DNA from: Octopus sinensis
Taxonomy: Eukaryota
DNA length: 64,000 nucleotides
Direction of reading: 5' to 3'
NCBI RefSeq assembly: GCF_006345805.1
Contig: NC_043015.1
Span: forward strand, 19,158,001-19,222,000
The notes beneath the pieces were generated by a model that ran no database searches, had not been told where the DNA came from, and saw only the letters and a program-made list of their open reading frames with translations. A program made the translations under genes and the position numbers. Shown in pieces: positions 11,635 to 22,390 of the stretch (positions are counted from its first letter, which is position 1; each line of letters opens with the position of its first letter).

Positions 11635-12930
11635 CAAGGGGCGTTCAATAAGTAATGCCCCTGACCCACTTCCCATAGCAGTAGAGCAACGAAACTTGGC
11701 ACAGTTATTAGTCTTTTTCTACATAGGAACCACCCAGAGTTACACATTTCTCCCATTGTTTGATGCGGCTCTGGAGACCGTTTTTGTAGAAGACCCCGGC
11801 GTGGTCCTCCAACCACGATGTGACTTCAGAAATCAAGGCTGCATCATCTGAGAAACGCTTTCCTTTCAAAAACAACTTCATGGCTGGGAAGAGGTGAAAA
11901 TCAGATGGTGCAAGGTCAGGAGAGTAGGGGGGATGGGGGAGGAGTTCATAGCCACACGCCTGTGCTTCTGATCTGGCGACACGCAAGTTGTGGACCGGAG
12001 CATTGTCCTGCAGGAGGAGGATGCCTTTGCTGATCTTGCCCTGCCTCTTGATTTTGATAGCTTCTCTTAATTTCCTCAAAAGTGAAGCATAATAGGCTCC
12101 TGTAATTGTGGTACCCTTTGCCAGGAAATCTATCATCACTACTCCGTCCTGGTCCCAGAAGACTGTGAGTATGACCTTGCCAGTGGAGGGCTGCACCCTT
12201 GCCTTCTTTGGAGGAGGTGAGTCACGGTGTTTCCACTGCATTGACTGGGCTTTGGTCTCTGGATCATAGTGATGGACCAAGGTTTCATCCTGTGTAATCA
12301 GTCTTTTGAAAAATTTTGACTCATCTTCTTGGCACATCTTCAAATTCATCCTCGAGCACTCGATGCATTCTTGCTTCTGGAAAGGTGTGAGCAACCTGGG
12401 AATCCATCTGGCAGACACCTTTTGCATATGCAAATGGTCATGAATGATAGTTTCCACAGACCCAATACTAATCTTGATCTCATGAGCTATTTGGCGAATA
12501 GTTATGCGTCGATCTTCCAAAATGGCAGCCTCAACTTGATGGACAGATGCCTCATCAATGGCAGAAGGGAGGCAACCAGATCTGGGAGCTGTTTCCACAG
12601 AGTTCCGACCATGTTTGAATTCACAATGCCAGCGTTTTACAAGGTCATATGATGGGGTGGCATCATCACCATAAGTTACTTTCATTTCATCAAAAGTCTC
12701 CCGTGGTGTGCGTCCTTTCAAATACAAAAACCGGATCACTGCTCGACACTCAACAGGCTCTATTTAACACTTGACTCTGTTCAAACACCTGCAAATCAGA
12801 AACCACAATCAGTTCAGAGCTGTAATTTGCCACTTAATCTATAGAGATATAAATAATTGCACATCCCAAATTTCAGCTTGATCAAATGACTGCAAGTGGG
12901 TCAGGGGCATTACTTATTGAACGTCCCTCA
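11635..12930 (-). mobile_element. Full-length mariner transposon
   Basis: 36-bp TIRs (11635-11670, 12895-12930; 3 mismatches), TA at 11633-11634 and 12931-12932, and an internal transposase ORF. Confidence 0.95.
11708..12763 (-). CDS. Mariner DD34D transposase, open frame, ancestral ATG apparently mutated to ATA
   Basis: Stop-free frame with WIPRLLT, ITQDETLVHHYDP, LLQDNAPVH and PYSPDLAPSDFHLF. It extends upstream to ATA-GAG-CCT-GTT-GAG-TGT-CGA-GCA-GTG (12763), where an M-E-P-V-E-C-R-A-V start is expected. Confidence 0.9.
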   Translation of the reverse strand: MEPVECRAVIRFLYLKGRTPRETFDEMKVTYGDDATPSYDLVKRWHCEFKHGRNSVETAPRSGCLPSAIDEASVHQVEAAILEDRRITIRQIAHEIKISIGSVETIIHDHLHMQKVSARWIPRLLTPFQKQECIECSRMNLKMCQEDESKFFKRLITQDETLVHHYDPETKAQSMQWKHRDSPPPKKARVQPSTGKVILTVFWDQDGVVMIDFLAKGTTITGAYYASLLRKLREAIKIKRQGKISKGILLLQDNAPVHNLRVARSEAQACGYELLPHPPYSPDLAPSDFHLFPAMKLFLKGKRFSDDAALISEVTSWLEDHAGVFYKNGLQSRIKQWEKCVTLGGSYVEKD

Positions 12931-13254
12931 TAGAACTGTATTTCTTCATCGACCTTACCCTGGATCCTCAAGGATTCTAACAGTATATAATACAACAATG
13001 AAAATTGAATCTTTCTTTAAATATCTATCTTGGAATCATGTTAAACAGGGACGCAAATCTTGACAAGAAAATCACAAACAAAATTCAAAAATTTTTAGCT
13101 TTTTGACCATTACAATCTCCACTATAGTGTCAATGGTGTGTGTGTGTTTGTGTGTGTGTGCAGAAATGCATGCATGTATGTATCTCTTATGCCTTTATAT
13201 ATATATGTGTGTGTGTGTATACATACATATACATACATATATATATATTATATA

Positions 13255-13497
13255 TAAATTAGAGAAAAACCACTATTATGAAATTCAAACAATGATAGAC
13301 ATAAACCAAATCATAAATAAAAAAATAAAATATATTTTTCAAAAACATATAATTAGATCATAAAAAGTACAAAAATGAATAAACAATATATATATTATAA
13401 TAAATCTCTGAATGAGATATAATAATAAATCTCTGATTGTGAAATTTGATTTAATACTAAATTGAATTTTTCCCTGTAAGTTTGGAGTTATACTCCA
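13255..13497 (-). mobile_element. Short internally deleted relative of the AT-rich element at 32773-36365
   Basis: 13255-13320 matches the reverse complement of the large element's right end. 13437-13497 matches the reverse complement of its left end (GGAGTAT..TCCAAACTTACAGGGAAAAATT). Flanked by (TA)n/AAT. Confidence 0.7.
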
Positions 13498-13535
13498 TAA
13501 TAATATTATCATTATATATATATATATATATATAT

Positions 13536-14150
13536 ATCAGGTCATTAAGAATGAAATGTCCGATTTTAAGCAGAAAGTTTATTTTACTTTATCTCAACAA
13601 AAAGCAATGCAGTTAATCAAAGTATGCATCTAAATTATCAACACAATTTTGCCATTTTATTTATGCTGGCAGTGAAGAATTCTGGAGAGTAAGAAGTGAT
13701 GAAATCACAAAAGACTCTTTTTGCATCTTCTTCAGATTTGAAATTTTTCCTTGCAAAAGGTTGTCTAATGCCTGGAAAACGTAATAGTCAGTTGGTGCAA
13801 AGTCTAATGAATATGGTAGATGACAGAGTACTTCCAAGTTCAGTTCCTCTAACTTGAGTAGTGTTCTTTGTGCAACATGTGGTCAAACATTGTCTTACAA
13901 GAGAATTGGCTTGTCTTTATTGACCAATCTCAGTTGTTTAATTGCAAGTTCACTCATCATTTTGTCCAGTTGGTTGATATATACATCCACTGCAATCAAC
14001 TTGCCAGGTCTCATGAACAGTGACGTAGGGCTGCTAATCCCATAGGGACTCCTCTGAAACAACTTAATTTTTTGCTTTTGAATTTTGCTATGCAGATTTC
14101 TGTCACTAGTCTTAGTGTACAGTGTCATCTCATACTCCTACACAGAGTAT
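13536..14150 (-). mobile_element. Degenerate mariner 3' part
   Basis: IAVDVYINQLDKM..LVNKDKPILL then decayed DN..PH and PYSLDFAPTDY motifs; TIR-like end at ~13536 beside (TA)n. Confidence 0.75.
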
Positions 14151-14574
14151 AGATATGCAGTGTCTAACCACAAACTGTTCCAGCCGGTGTGGAGTAGTAT
14201 AAAAATAAAAATACAAACAACTTGCAGATAATTCGCTTTCCTTGCATTATTTTGGAAACTTCAACCCTACCCCTCCTATTGTCTAATATGTCTGCTACTA
14301 CATCAGCCTGGTAGAGATAAGAATTCTTATTTTTTCAGTAGGACACCATTATTTAATGACCAATGAAAGGGTTTGCCTCCTAATTTTGAACTTACAGTCT
14401 GTTCAGTAACAAAGCATTTTTCTACTTTAAAGATTGTTTGAATATAACCTTGTACAAAATGAACAATTCTCCATTTATGACTATATATTAATTTGTGGGC
14501 CCTTATCTTGATCAATCTCTGTCTTGCTGTGGCTAATGAAAATACTACCCTATTTTTTTTACAGTGTTCTAGGC

Positions 14575-15350
14575 CCCAAGAGGAATAGCAATGTCTTCAA
14601 GAAAGTACTTAAGCGGATACCAGAAATGCCAACTCAAGGAAAAGCAGTCTAATGAAATTTCTAAATGTCAAAACCTATCAAACTATTTTACAATGTCAAG
14701 TAAAAGTTTGTCATAATAGGTGCAGGAGTGGCTGTGTGGTAAGTAGCTTGCTAACCAACCACATGGTTCTGGGTTCATTCCCAATGCATGGCACCTTGGG
14801 CAAGAGTCTTCTACTATAGCCTTGGGCTGATCAAAGCCTTGTGAGTGGATTTGGTAGATGGAAACTGAAAGAAGCCCGTTGTATATATGTATATATATGT
14901 GTGTGTGTGTACATGTTTGTGTGTCTGTGTTTGTCCCCCTAACATCACTTGACAACCGATGCTGGTGTGTTTACGTCCCCGTAACTTAGCAAAAGAGACC
15001 GATAGAATAAGTACTAGGCTTCTAAAGAATAAGTCCTGGGGTCGATTTCTTCGACTAAAGGCGGTGCTCCAGTATGACCACAGCCAAATGACTGAAACAA
15101 GTAAAAGAGAAAAGAGAAAGTGAAATCAGCTGCAACTAAAACAAGCCATGCAAACACCAGTGAAGTCAATGATAGTGCACAAACCATGTGTGCCCTGTTT
15201 AGCAATAATCAACCTACTGTTGCACTTTTTGTGCAGATGATGATCACAGTGATCAAGAACTTTGAGAAAAGGGAGAGCAGAAACAGGAAACAGGAAGGAA
15301 ATTTAGTGATTTCAAAAAAAAACTGGCCTGTAACAATTGATAATGATTTC
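14575..15350 (+). mobile_element. 5' fragment of ZMYM1-like hAT transposase, interrupted by a SINE
   Basis: ATG at ~14591 gives MSSRKYLSGYQKCQLKEKQSNEISKCQNLSNYF; homologous to 18530-19090. Confidence 0.6.
14718..15118 (+). mobile_element. Full-length tRNA-derived CORE-type SINE
   Basis: A-box TGGCTGTGTGG, B-box GGTTCATTCC, CACCTTGGGCAAG core, internal (TA/TG)n, and tail GGCGGTGCTCCAGTATGACCACAGCCAAATGACTGAAACAAG. Confidence 0.9.
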
Positions 15351-15356
15351 ATACAA

Positions 15357-15850
15357 AACCCTAACCCTAATCCTAAAATAGATTGAAATGCAATAGATCG
15401 ATACCAGGGCCATAATTATGGATGACATTTTCATTTGACGCCGCTAGAAAAAAATCCCATTTTCCGTAGCAGTGTCGTATGAAATTGTCACCCATAATTA
15501 TGGCCCTGGTATCGATCTATTGCATTTCAATCTATTTTAGGATTAGGGTTAGGGTTATGGTTAGGGGTGGGTTAGGGTTAGGGGTGGGGGAAGGGTATCT
15601 TTTTTTCTTCGCAAATGTAAATAAACCCAATCTGTTTCTTAAACGAGGGGCATATTCATACAGCACGGAATCTTTTCACCCCAAATGGAGGTGAGCGATT
15701 GGTTAAAATTGCCAAAATACTCAATTTTAAAGTGGGAATATGTTATAACATATAGAATTTTCTCAATAAAGCCAAGAAAATATGATGTTTTATAAACACA
15801 TTCTACCAGTATACGAAGTTTAAAAGTGTTTAGTTAACTAGAAATTGTGT
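15357..15850. mobile_element. Palindromic element with telomere-like TTAGGG repeats
   Basis: 78-bp arms 15357-15434 / 15479-15556 with terminal CCCTAA/TTAGGG. The 15790-15845 end resembles the right TIR of 39122-39760. Confidence 0.65.
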
Positions 15851-15859
15851 TGACATCTG

Positions 15860-16860
15860 CCGTTCCAAAGGAAAAGATCCCAGTTCCCTTATATGTAAGT
15901 CACTTCAGAGTCATGGTTTAAAGATAGATAAAATTCCGTGTGAAAGGACGACTGCATTGTAAAAGTTATTTCAAATGTCTATGTATAATGAGCGTGAGCG
16001 TTAACTATGAAACGGTGCTATAGTTTTATGTCCTAACGTGAACATTTCGCAGAATCTTTTAAACTCACAGGATACACACTGTGTTCTGTTATCAGAAACA
16101 ATTATATCCGGTGCAACAAAACTTACGAACAGCTTGCGTAAGAAGTTTATTTCCGTATATGAGGTTGGTCATTTACACCGTGTGACCTCAAACCGTTTTA
16201 TGTAGCTGATCAGTACTAAGTAATAATATCCATTTACCGGGCCTACAAAATCGATATGCAATCAGAACCATGGTATTTTTACTTCCGGCTAAGGTTCACA
16301 TTTTGCTTGAAAACATCTTCTGCAGCCTTTTACCAGATTTTCAACTTCTTTGTCCATGCTTGGGCACTATACGAAAATTTGCATGTCCCACATCAAACTC
16401 TTTTAGTATTCTCTTATGTAATGTCTGTGGTATGACCACCTTCTGAGTGTACATTAGTACACCATCACATATAAAGTACACGCTCACATCTTGGCAGTTC
16501 TTTGTATCAGACCTTTCTTATGTGGAAACTCTCTTTCCGTTGAATTTCTTCCGTGTCATGCCTTAATTTTAATATTTTGTCACACTTTTCCAACAGTTAC
16601 TGCAATGTCAAATCTTGATTCATTTCCAGTTTTGAAAGAATACCCACTCAGATTTCTACATCCCTTCTATCAGTCAATCCTTGTGCAAAAATCAAACACT
16701 TAAAAGAATCTGGAGTAAGCATATCTAGCCTAAATTTCTCACATTCTTCATTTATTCTGATTGTGTAAGTTGTGAAGTCTTCATCTTTGCTCCTTTCTAT
16801 GTTTAAACAGTGAGCTCTTTTCACTAAACAGTTTGCACAAAATGTCAACTCTGTCGGTGA
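15860..16860 (-). mobile_element. Gypsy fragment (gag piece joined to integrase region)
   Basis: TYTIRINEECEKFRLDMLTPDSFKCLIFAQGL (16648-16848) and decayed VVIPQTLHKRILKEF-D-VGH integrase zinc-binding region. Confidence 0.7.
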
Positions 16861-16869
16861 AATTTATGT

Positions 16870-17512
16870 CGAATCTTCTTTTTTTTTTTGGCAATATGAA
16901 GTTACTATACTTTTCATGTTCTGCTGGCGTTAGTTTTTTTAAAAACTAGATGCATTTTCATTTAATGGTATGTAATGGTATGAGGAGCTGTCACCAGCAA
17001 TGGTCGTTCTGAGCTGATTGAATGTGTGGGAACCATAAACTCTGAAAAAATACATCGAAATACTACTTCCGATGTGTTCACATGATAACCTAACAAAAAA
17101 TGAGTTTTTATTCATGGAAAATGGGGCTCCATGCCACATAGCAAAAAGGAATCGACTGAAAATGGGATCAAAAAGCTTCCTTGGCCAAGCCAATCTCCTG
17201 ATATGAACCTAATTGAAAATCTTTAGAGCATACTAGATAGAGCTATATGAAAAACTCAACAGAAACCTAAATCTAAAGATGAATTGTTTCGATTGTTGCA
17301 TGAAAAGTGGGCAGAAATTCCACAAGAGACAATCACAAAGCTCATCAGTTCAATGCCCAAAAAAGTTTCTGAATTAAAAACTGCAAAGGGAATGTCAACT
17401 AAATACTGAAGTATGTAGTCCTACCTATCGATTACATTTCAATTGTTCGCTTTGCATATTAAATAAAAGATTTTGAAAATTAAAGGTGTCTATTTACTTC
17501 CTGCATGTCTGT
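16870..17512 (+). mobile_element. Tc1 (DD34E) transposon 3' fragment
   Basis: Decayed F-x-E-N-G-A-P-C-H and WPSQSPDMNLIENL motifs, followed by the TIR GGTGTCTATTTACTTCC...CTGTCTA. Confidence 0.75.
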
Positions 17513-19267
17513 CTACATGCATAAAACAAGACATGCAGATTTGTGCATGTACTGACTCTAAATACTTTCACATATACACTCAGAGACATGCACAACTATC
17601 TTGTTGGTGTTGTTGAAATTCCAATGAAGGAATCTTGGATCTAGGTTAGAAACTAGCTCTTTCTTCATTGGCAAGAAAAGACAAACTTCATACCATCTAT
17701 TTACAGTTGAGAGCAAGTCTATGAAAAAAGTTACTGAGTAGTTTTTGCCTTCCTTGAATTTAATATTCTAAATTTTTAAACTTTTCTTTAAAGTATTTTT
17801 ATTTTGTTTTGTTTAAGCTAAATATTTGTGCTAAATTCAAATTCAAATACTTGAATCTATTTTGAATTTAAAATGCTTCTTTCATTTTCACTTTTTCTCT
17901 ATAAAGTCTGTTAATATTTCAGAAATATTGTTCTAAAATGCAGATGTTTTAAACCAAAGAAATTATCAAAAAAATTTACTGTGGTGTACTTATTCTGAAA
18001 CTCTGCCCTCAAAATTATTGTAAAGAAGAGTGATAACTAAAAAGTTATGAAGCCTACTCTCTATCCCCAAAATTTAGCAACAAATCTGCTCATAATACTA
18101 ATAAGTGGCATTAAATATTATGAAAAGTTTTTGATTGTCTATATTTATGTAGACATTCCAGAGAAATAAAATTAGCACAAGTTCTTGTTGGACACTACTT
18201 TTTATGTCAATTAACAACTACACCAAGTTTATATTCTAATGTTGTTTTTAAAAATTCAGCTAAAGTGCATAAAATATTCAAATATTTTATTTAATCTTTT
18301 ATTTAAACAGCTTGGGTCAAAACAGCTTTTACAAGTTAATAACCATAATACATTTAGTTTTGCAGGGATAGTTTAAGAAGTGTTTCCTTTAATGTTTTTT
18401 TTTTATTTTATCAACACTTTTCTTTCCTAAGTTTAAATTTGACAATTGGAAAAAGTATTCTACACATGTTTCAGCCTTATTCACCCACTATAATCAAGCT
18501 CTGTCCTGTTGGAGTTTAAAAAATCAAAACACAAGAGGAATAACACTGAATTCATAAAAGTAATTAAGTGATCTGAGAAAATTTCTAAATGTCAAAAGCT
18601 ATCAAACTATTTTACAATGTCAAGTTTGTTAACAGCCACAGCTAAAACAAGCTAACCAAACACCAGTGAAGCCATCAGTAGCACACAAACCGTGTGAGTT
18701 CTTCCTCACCATTTTCAACCCACTGTTGACACTTTACTTTGTAATGGCACATAGTTTTGTAGTTAGGATCTTGCAATTATGATTATAAGATTGTAGTTTT
18801 GATTCCCAGCTGGGCAGTGCATTGTGTTCTTGAGCAAAACACTTCATTTCACATTTCCCCAGTCCACTCAACTGTGTTTGAGTTCTAGCAATTGCTGGGA
18901 AGCTAAACCTATTACAGACTGCCATTCCTTTCAAGAAGTAATCATTTACATGCCATGCAAACCAAGTTAAGCTCCACCCTTATGAGTCCTAGGGTTCAAA
19001 ACAGACCTATATTGACAACTTTTGATACAAATGAGGATCACAGTGATCAACATGAATGTACTGCAAAACAGGAAGAAACAGAGTCAGAATATAATCATCA
19101 TCATCATCATCATCATCATCATTTAACGTCCGCTTTCCATGCTAGCATGGGTTGGACGGTTCAACTGGGGTCTGGCAAGCCCGAAGGCTGCACCAGGCCA
19201 GTCAGATCTGGCAGTGTTTCTACAGCTGGATGCCCTTCCTAACGCCAACCACTCCGAGAGTGTAGTG

Positions 19268-19560
19268 GGTGATTTTATGTGCCACCGACACAGGTGCCAG
19301 ACGAGGCTGGCAGATGGTCACGCTCGAATGGTGTTTTTTATGTGCCACCGACACAGGTGCCAGACGAGGCTGGCAGATGGCCACGCTCGGATGGTGTTTT
19401 TTATGTGCCACCAACACAGGTGCCAGACGAGGCTGGCGAACGGCTACGATCGGATGGTGTTTGTTACGTGCCCACAGCACGGGGCCAGTCGATGCGGTAC
19501 TGGCTACGGTCCCGTTCGGATGGTTTTCTTATGTGCCACCGGCACTGGTACCACAAGGAT
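19268..19560. repeat. 63-bp minisatellite, ~4.3 copies, in the RTE 3'UTR
   Basis: GCCACC anchors at 19281, 19344, 19407, 19470 and 19535. Confidence 0.9.
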
Positions 19561-19709
19561 ACAAATTCCATTGATGTTCATCTATTGATTTGATTCGATT
19601 TGACTTGACTTTCACTTGCCTCAACAGGTCTTCACAAGTATCACAAGCAGGAAGGTATGCACAGGTGGACTGACTACGTCCCAGGTAGTGGCCATGGGTT
19701 ATGGCTTCA

Positions 19710-21224
19710 CTAGTCTTGCCGGGTCTTCTCACGCACAGCATACTTCCATAGGTCTCGGTCTCTAGTCATTTCCATGGTGAGACCTAACGTTCGAAGGTCG
19801 TGCTTCACCACCTCGTCCCAGGTTTTCCTGGGTCTACCTCTTCCACGGGTTCCCTCAACTGCTAGGGATTGGCACTTTCTCACACACCTATCTTCATCCA
19901 TTCTCGCCACATGACCATACCAGCGCAATCGTCTCTCTTGCACACAACAACTGATGCTTCTTAGGTACAACATTTCTCTCAAGGAACTAACGCTCTGTCG
20001 AGTAAGTACACTGACATTACACATCCATCGGAGCATACTGGCTTCATTCCTCATGAGCTTACGCATGTCCTCAGCAGTCACGGCCCATGTTTCACTGCCA
20101 TGTAGCATGGCAGTTCGTACACATGCATCATACAGTCTGCCCTTTACTCTGAGCGAGAGGCCTTTTGTCACCAGCAGAGGTAAGAGCTCCCTAAACTTTG
20201 CCCAGGCTATTCTTATTCTAGCAGTTACACTCTCAGCGCACCCACCCCCACTACTGACTTGGTCACCTAGATAACGGAAGCTATCAACTACTTCTAATTT
20301 TTCCCCTTGCAAAGTGACGGAAGTTGTTTTCTGCAGATCTTCGGAGGTCAATAATCCCGAGCATCTGCCACATACAAAAACTATCTTCCCAGTTAGCCTA
20401 CCTTTGACATTGCTGCACCTCTTATGTGTCCATAGCTTACACTGGGTACATCTTATAGAGTTTCTACCAACACCCTTTCTACAGATCGAGCAGGGCCATC
20501 TTCCTGAGGACATTTGTGGATTGTCTACCTTTCTACTTATTAGTACTTTGGTTTTAGCTAGGTTGACTCTAAGGCCCCTTGATTCTAAACCCTCCTTCCA
20601 CATCTGGAACTTCTCCTCCAGTTCTGATAGTGACTCAGCAATTAGAGCGAGGTCGTCAGCATAGAGGAGCTCCCAGGGGCAACCTGTCTTGAATTCCTCC
20701 ACAATTGCCTGGAGGACTATGATAAATAGGAGGGGGCTGAGTACTGAACCCTGGTGGACCCCAACCTCTACTTTGAATTTTTCTGTGTACATGTTGCCAA
20801 CCCTAACCTTACTTACGGCATCTCTGTACATGGCTTGCACAGCCCTCACCAGCCATTCATCTATTCCTAGTTTCCTCATTGACCACCAGATGAGGGATCG
20901 GGGGACCCTATCAAAGGCTTTCTCCATGTCAACGAAAGCCAGGTACAGGGGCTTATCTTTGGCTAGGTATTTCTCCTGCAGCTGCTTTACCAGGAATATA
21001 GCATCAGTAGTGCTTTTCCCTGGCACGAACCCAAACTGCATCTCATCTAAACTATCTCTCTCTCTAATTAGTTGGGCTATGACCCTCTCCGTAACCTTCA
21101 TTACCTGATCCAACAGCTTGATACCTCTGTAATTATTTGTATCTAGGGCATCACCTTTACCTTTGTAGCAGTTGACTAGTGTGCTGCTACACCAGTCATT
21201 GGGTATGACTCCTTCGTGTATCAC
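19710..21224 (-). CDS. RTE reverse transcriptase (C-terminal part of ORF2)
   Basis: 504-aa open frame with NYRGIKLL, FVDMEKAFDRV, GVHQGSVLSPLLF, LLYADDLAL and C..C..C..C zinc-like motifs. Confidence 0.95.
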   Translation of the reverse strand: MIHEGVIPNDWCSSTLVNCYKGKGDALDTNNYRGIKLLDQVMKVTERVIAQLIRERDSLDEMQFGFVPGKSTTDAIFLVKQLQEKYLAKDKPLYLAFVDMEKAFDRVPRSLIWWSMRKLGIDEWLVRAVQAMYRDAVSKVRVGNMYTEKFKVEVGVHQGSVLSPLLFIIVLQAIVEEFKTGCPWELLYADDLALIAESLSELEEKFQMWKEGLESRGLRVNLAKTKVLISRKVDNPQMSSGRWPCSICRKGVGRNSIRCTQCKLWTHKRCSNVKGRLTGKIVFVCGRCSGLLTSEDLQKTTSVTLQGEKLEVVDSFRYLGDQVSSGGGCAESVTARIRIAWAKFRELLPLLVTKGLSLRVKGRLYDACVRTAMLHGSETWAVTAEDMRKLMRNEASMLRWMCNVSVLTRQSVSSLREMLYLRSISCCVQERRLRWYGHVARMDEDRCVRKCQSLAVEGTRGRGRPRKTWDEVVKHDLRTLGLTMEMTRDRDLWKYAVREKTRQD

Positions 21225-22390
21225 CTGGTTTGACTATATGGGTGACTAGGTTATAGCCGACACTGCCAGATATTTTGAGCATCTCTGCAGTAATTCCTGA
21301 TGGGCCTGGGGCTTTCCCTGTCTTCATGCTTCTAATTGCCTTAGCTACCACGGAACTATCAACTCGGATAGCTGGTCCCTCTGTTGGGTCAACATTCGGC
21401 AGACTCTCTTTATCCCATTCATTTTCTTTATTCAGCAACCTTTCATAGTGGCATCTCCAAACCTCTCTCTTTGCATCCTCATTTAGTGCAAGTGAACCAT
21501 CTTCCATGCGAACACACTTCTCTCCTACCACGTCACGATTCTCTCTCACACACTGTCTTGCAACACGAAATACCTCAAGTCTTTCATCCTCACGGCGCAG
21601 AACATTGGCAAATTTTTTCTTATCCGCTTCCCCTCTGGCTAAATAGACCTGTCTCCTAGCTTCCCTTCTGGCTGTCTGATACAATTCCCTGCTACCACCG
21701 TTCTTCCAGTCCTTCCAAGCCTGTCTCTTTTGTCTAATAGCCCTGTCAACCACAGTGTTCCACCACCATGTTACTCTGGGTCGAGATGGTACTTTGCTCC
21801 ATCCACAGATCTGGTCAGTGGCTGTCAGCAGATTGTCTCGTAGAAATCTCCAGATGTCTTCCACATTAAGTGAAGCTATATCCCCTTCTATTTCGTCAAA
21901 GGCTTCGAGTAGTATGTCTCTAAATCTCTGTCCATTTGCAGGATCTTTAAGCTTCCAGACCCTTCTCCTCCAAGCTGGTCTTCTTCTGGGCAACCATTTA
22001 GCTCTGATCCTGAAGTCGCTAACTACTAATCTATGTTGAGGAGTACATTCTTCGCCTGGAAAGGTTTTGGCGTTTATAATCAGCCCTCTTTCCCTTTTTC
22101 TGGCAAGGATGTAGTCAATCTGGCTGGTGTGTCTGCCAGAACGGTAGGTGACTAGGTGAGAGGTGGGTTTCTTGAAGTTGGTATTGCAGACCATAAGGTC
22201 ATTTGCATCGCAGAACTCCAGCAGCCTGGTTCCCTCCTCATTACGAGAGCCAAAACCGTAGCCTCCATGGACGCCATGGAAGCCCCCGACATGCCGTCCG
22301 ACATGTCCATTGAAATCACCTGCCATGAAGAGAAGGTCACTGTCATTTGTCAACGAGGTAGTCCGCAATAGGGTGTCATAGAATCCACAA
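21196..22390 (-). CDS. RTE apurinic-like endonuclease and linker (N-terminal part of ORF2)
   Basis: AGDFNGHVG, TSQIDYIL and PQHRLVVSDF motifs; separated from the RT frame by one extra A at ~21230. Confidence 0.9.

Larger units (their letters stand above)
19093..22390 (-). mobile_element. RTE-clade LINE, 5'-truncated, young
   Basis: (GAT)n tail at 19093-19122, 3'UTR with 63-bp tandem repeats, and APE plus RT coding region. Confidence 0.95.

Noticed and set aside
14396-14532. Exon-like open segment on the minus strand (ttttcattag| ... |gtaagt)
   Set aside because: Phase 1 to 0 does not fit the missing SLC5 exon (needs phase 2 to 1), and the 45-aa peptide has no recognisable homology or TM character.
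17590-17720. Minus-strand frame containing LDPRFL, like the SLC5 tail motif
   Set aside because: It has the wrong position and phase; the true tail exon is at 9375-9487, and the stretch looks like a repeat remnant.
19268-19560. Regular repeats resembling a CRISPR array
   Set aside because: Whole 63-bp units repeat with no unique spacers, lie in a LINE 3'UTR of a eukaryote, and no cas genes are present.
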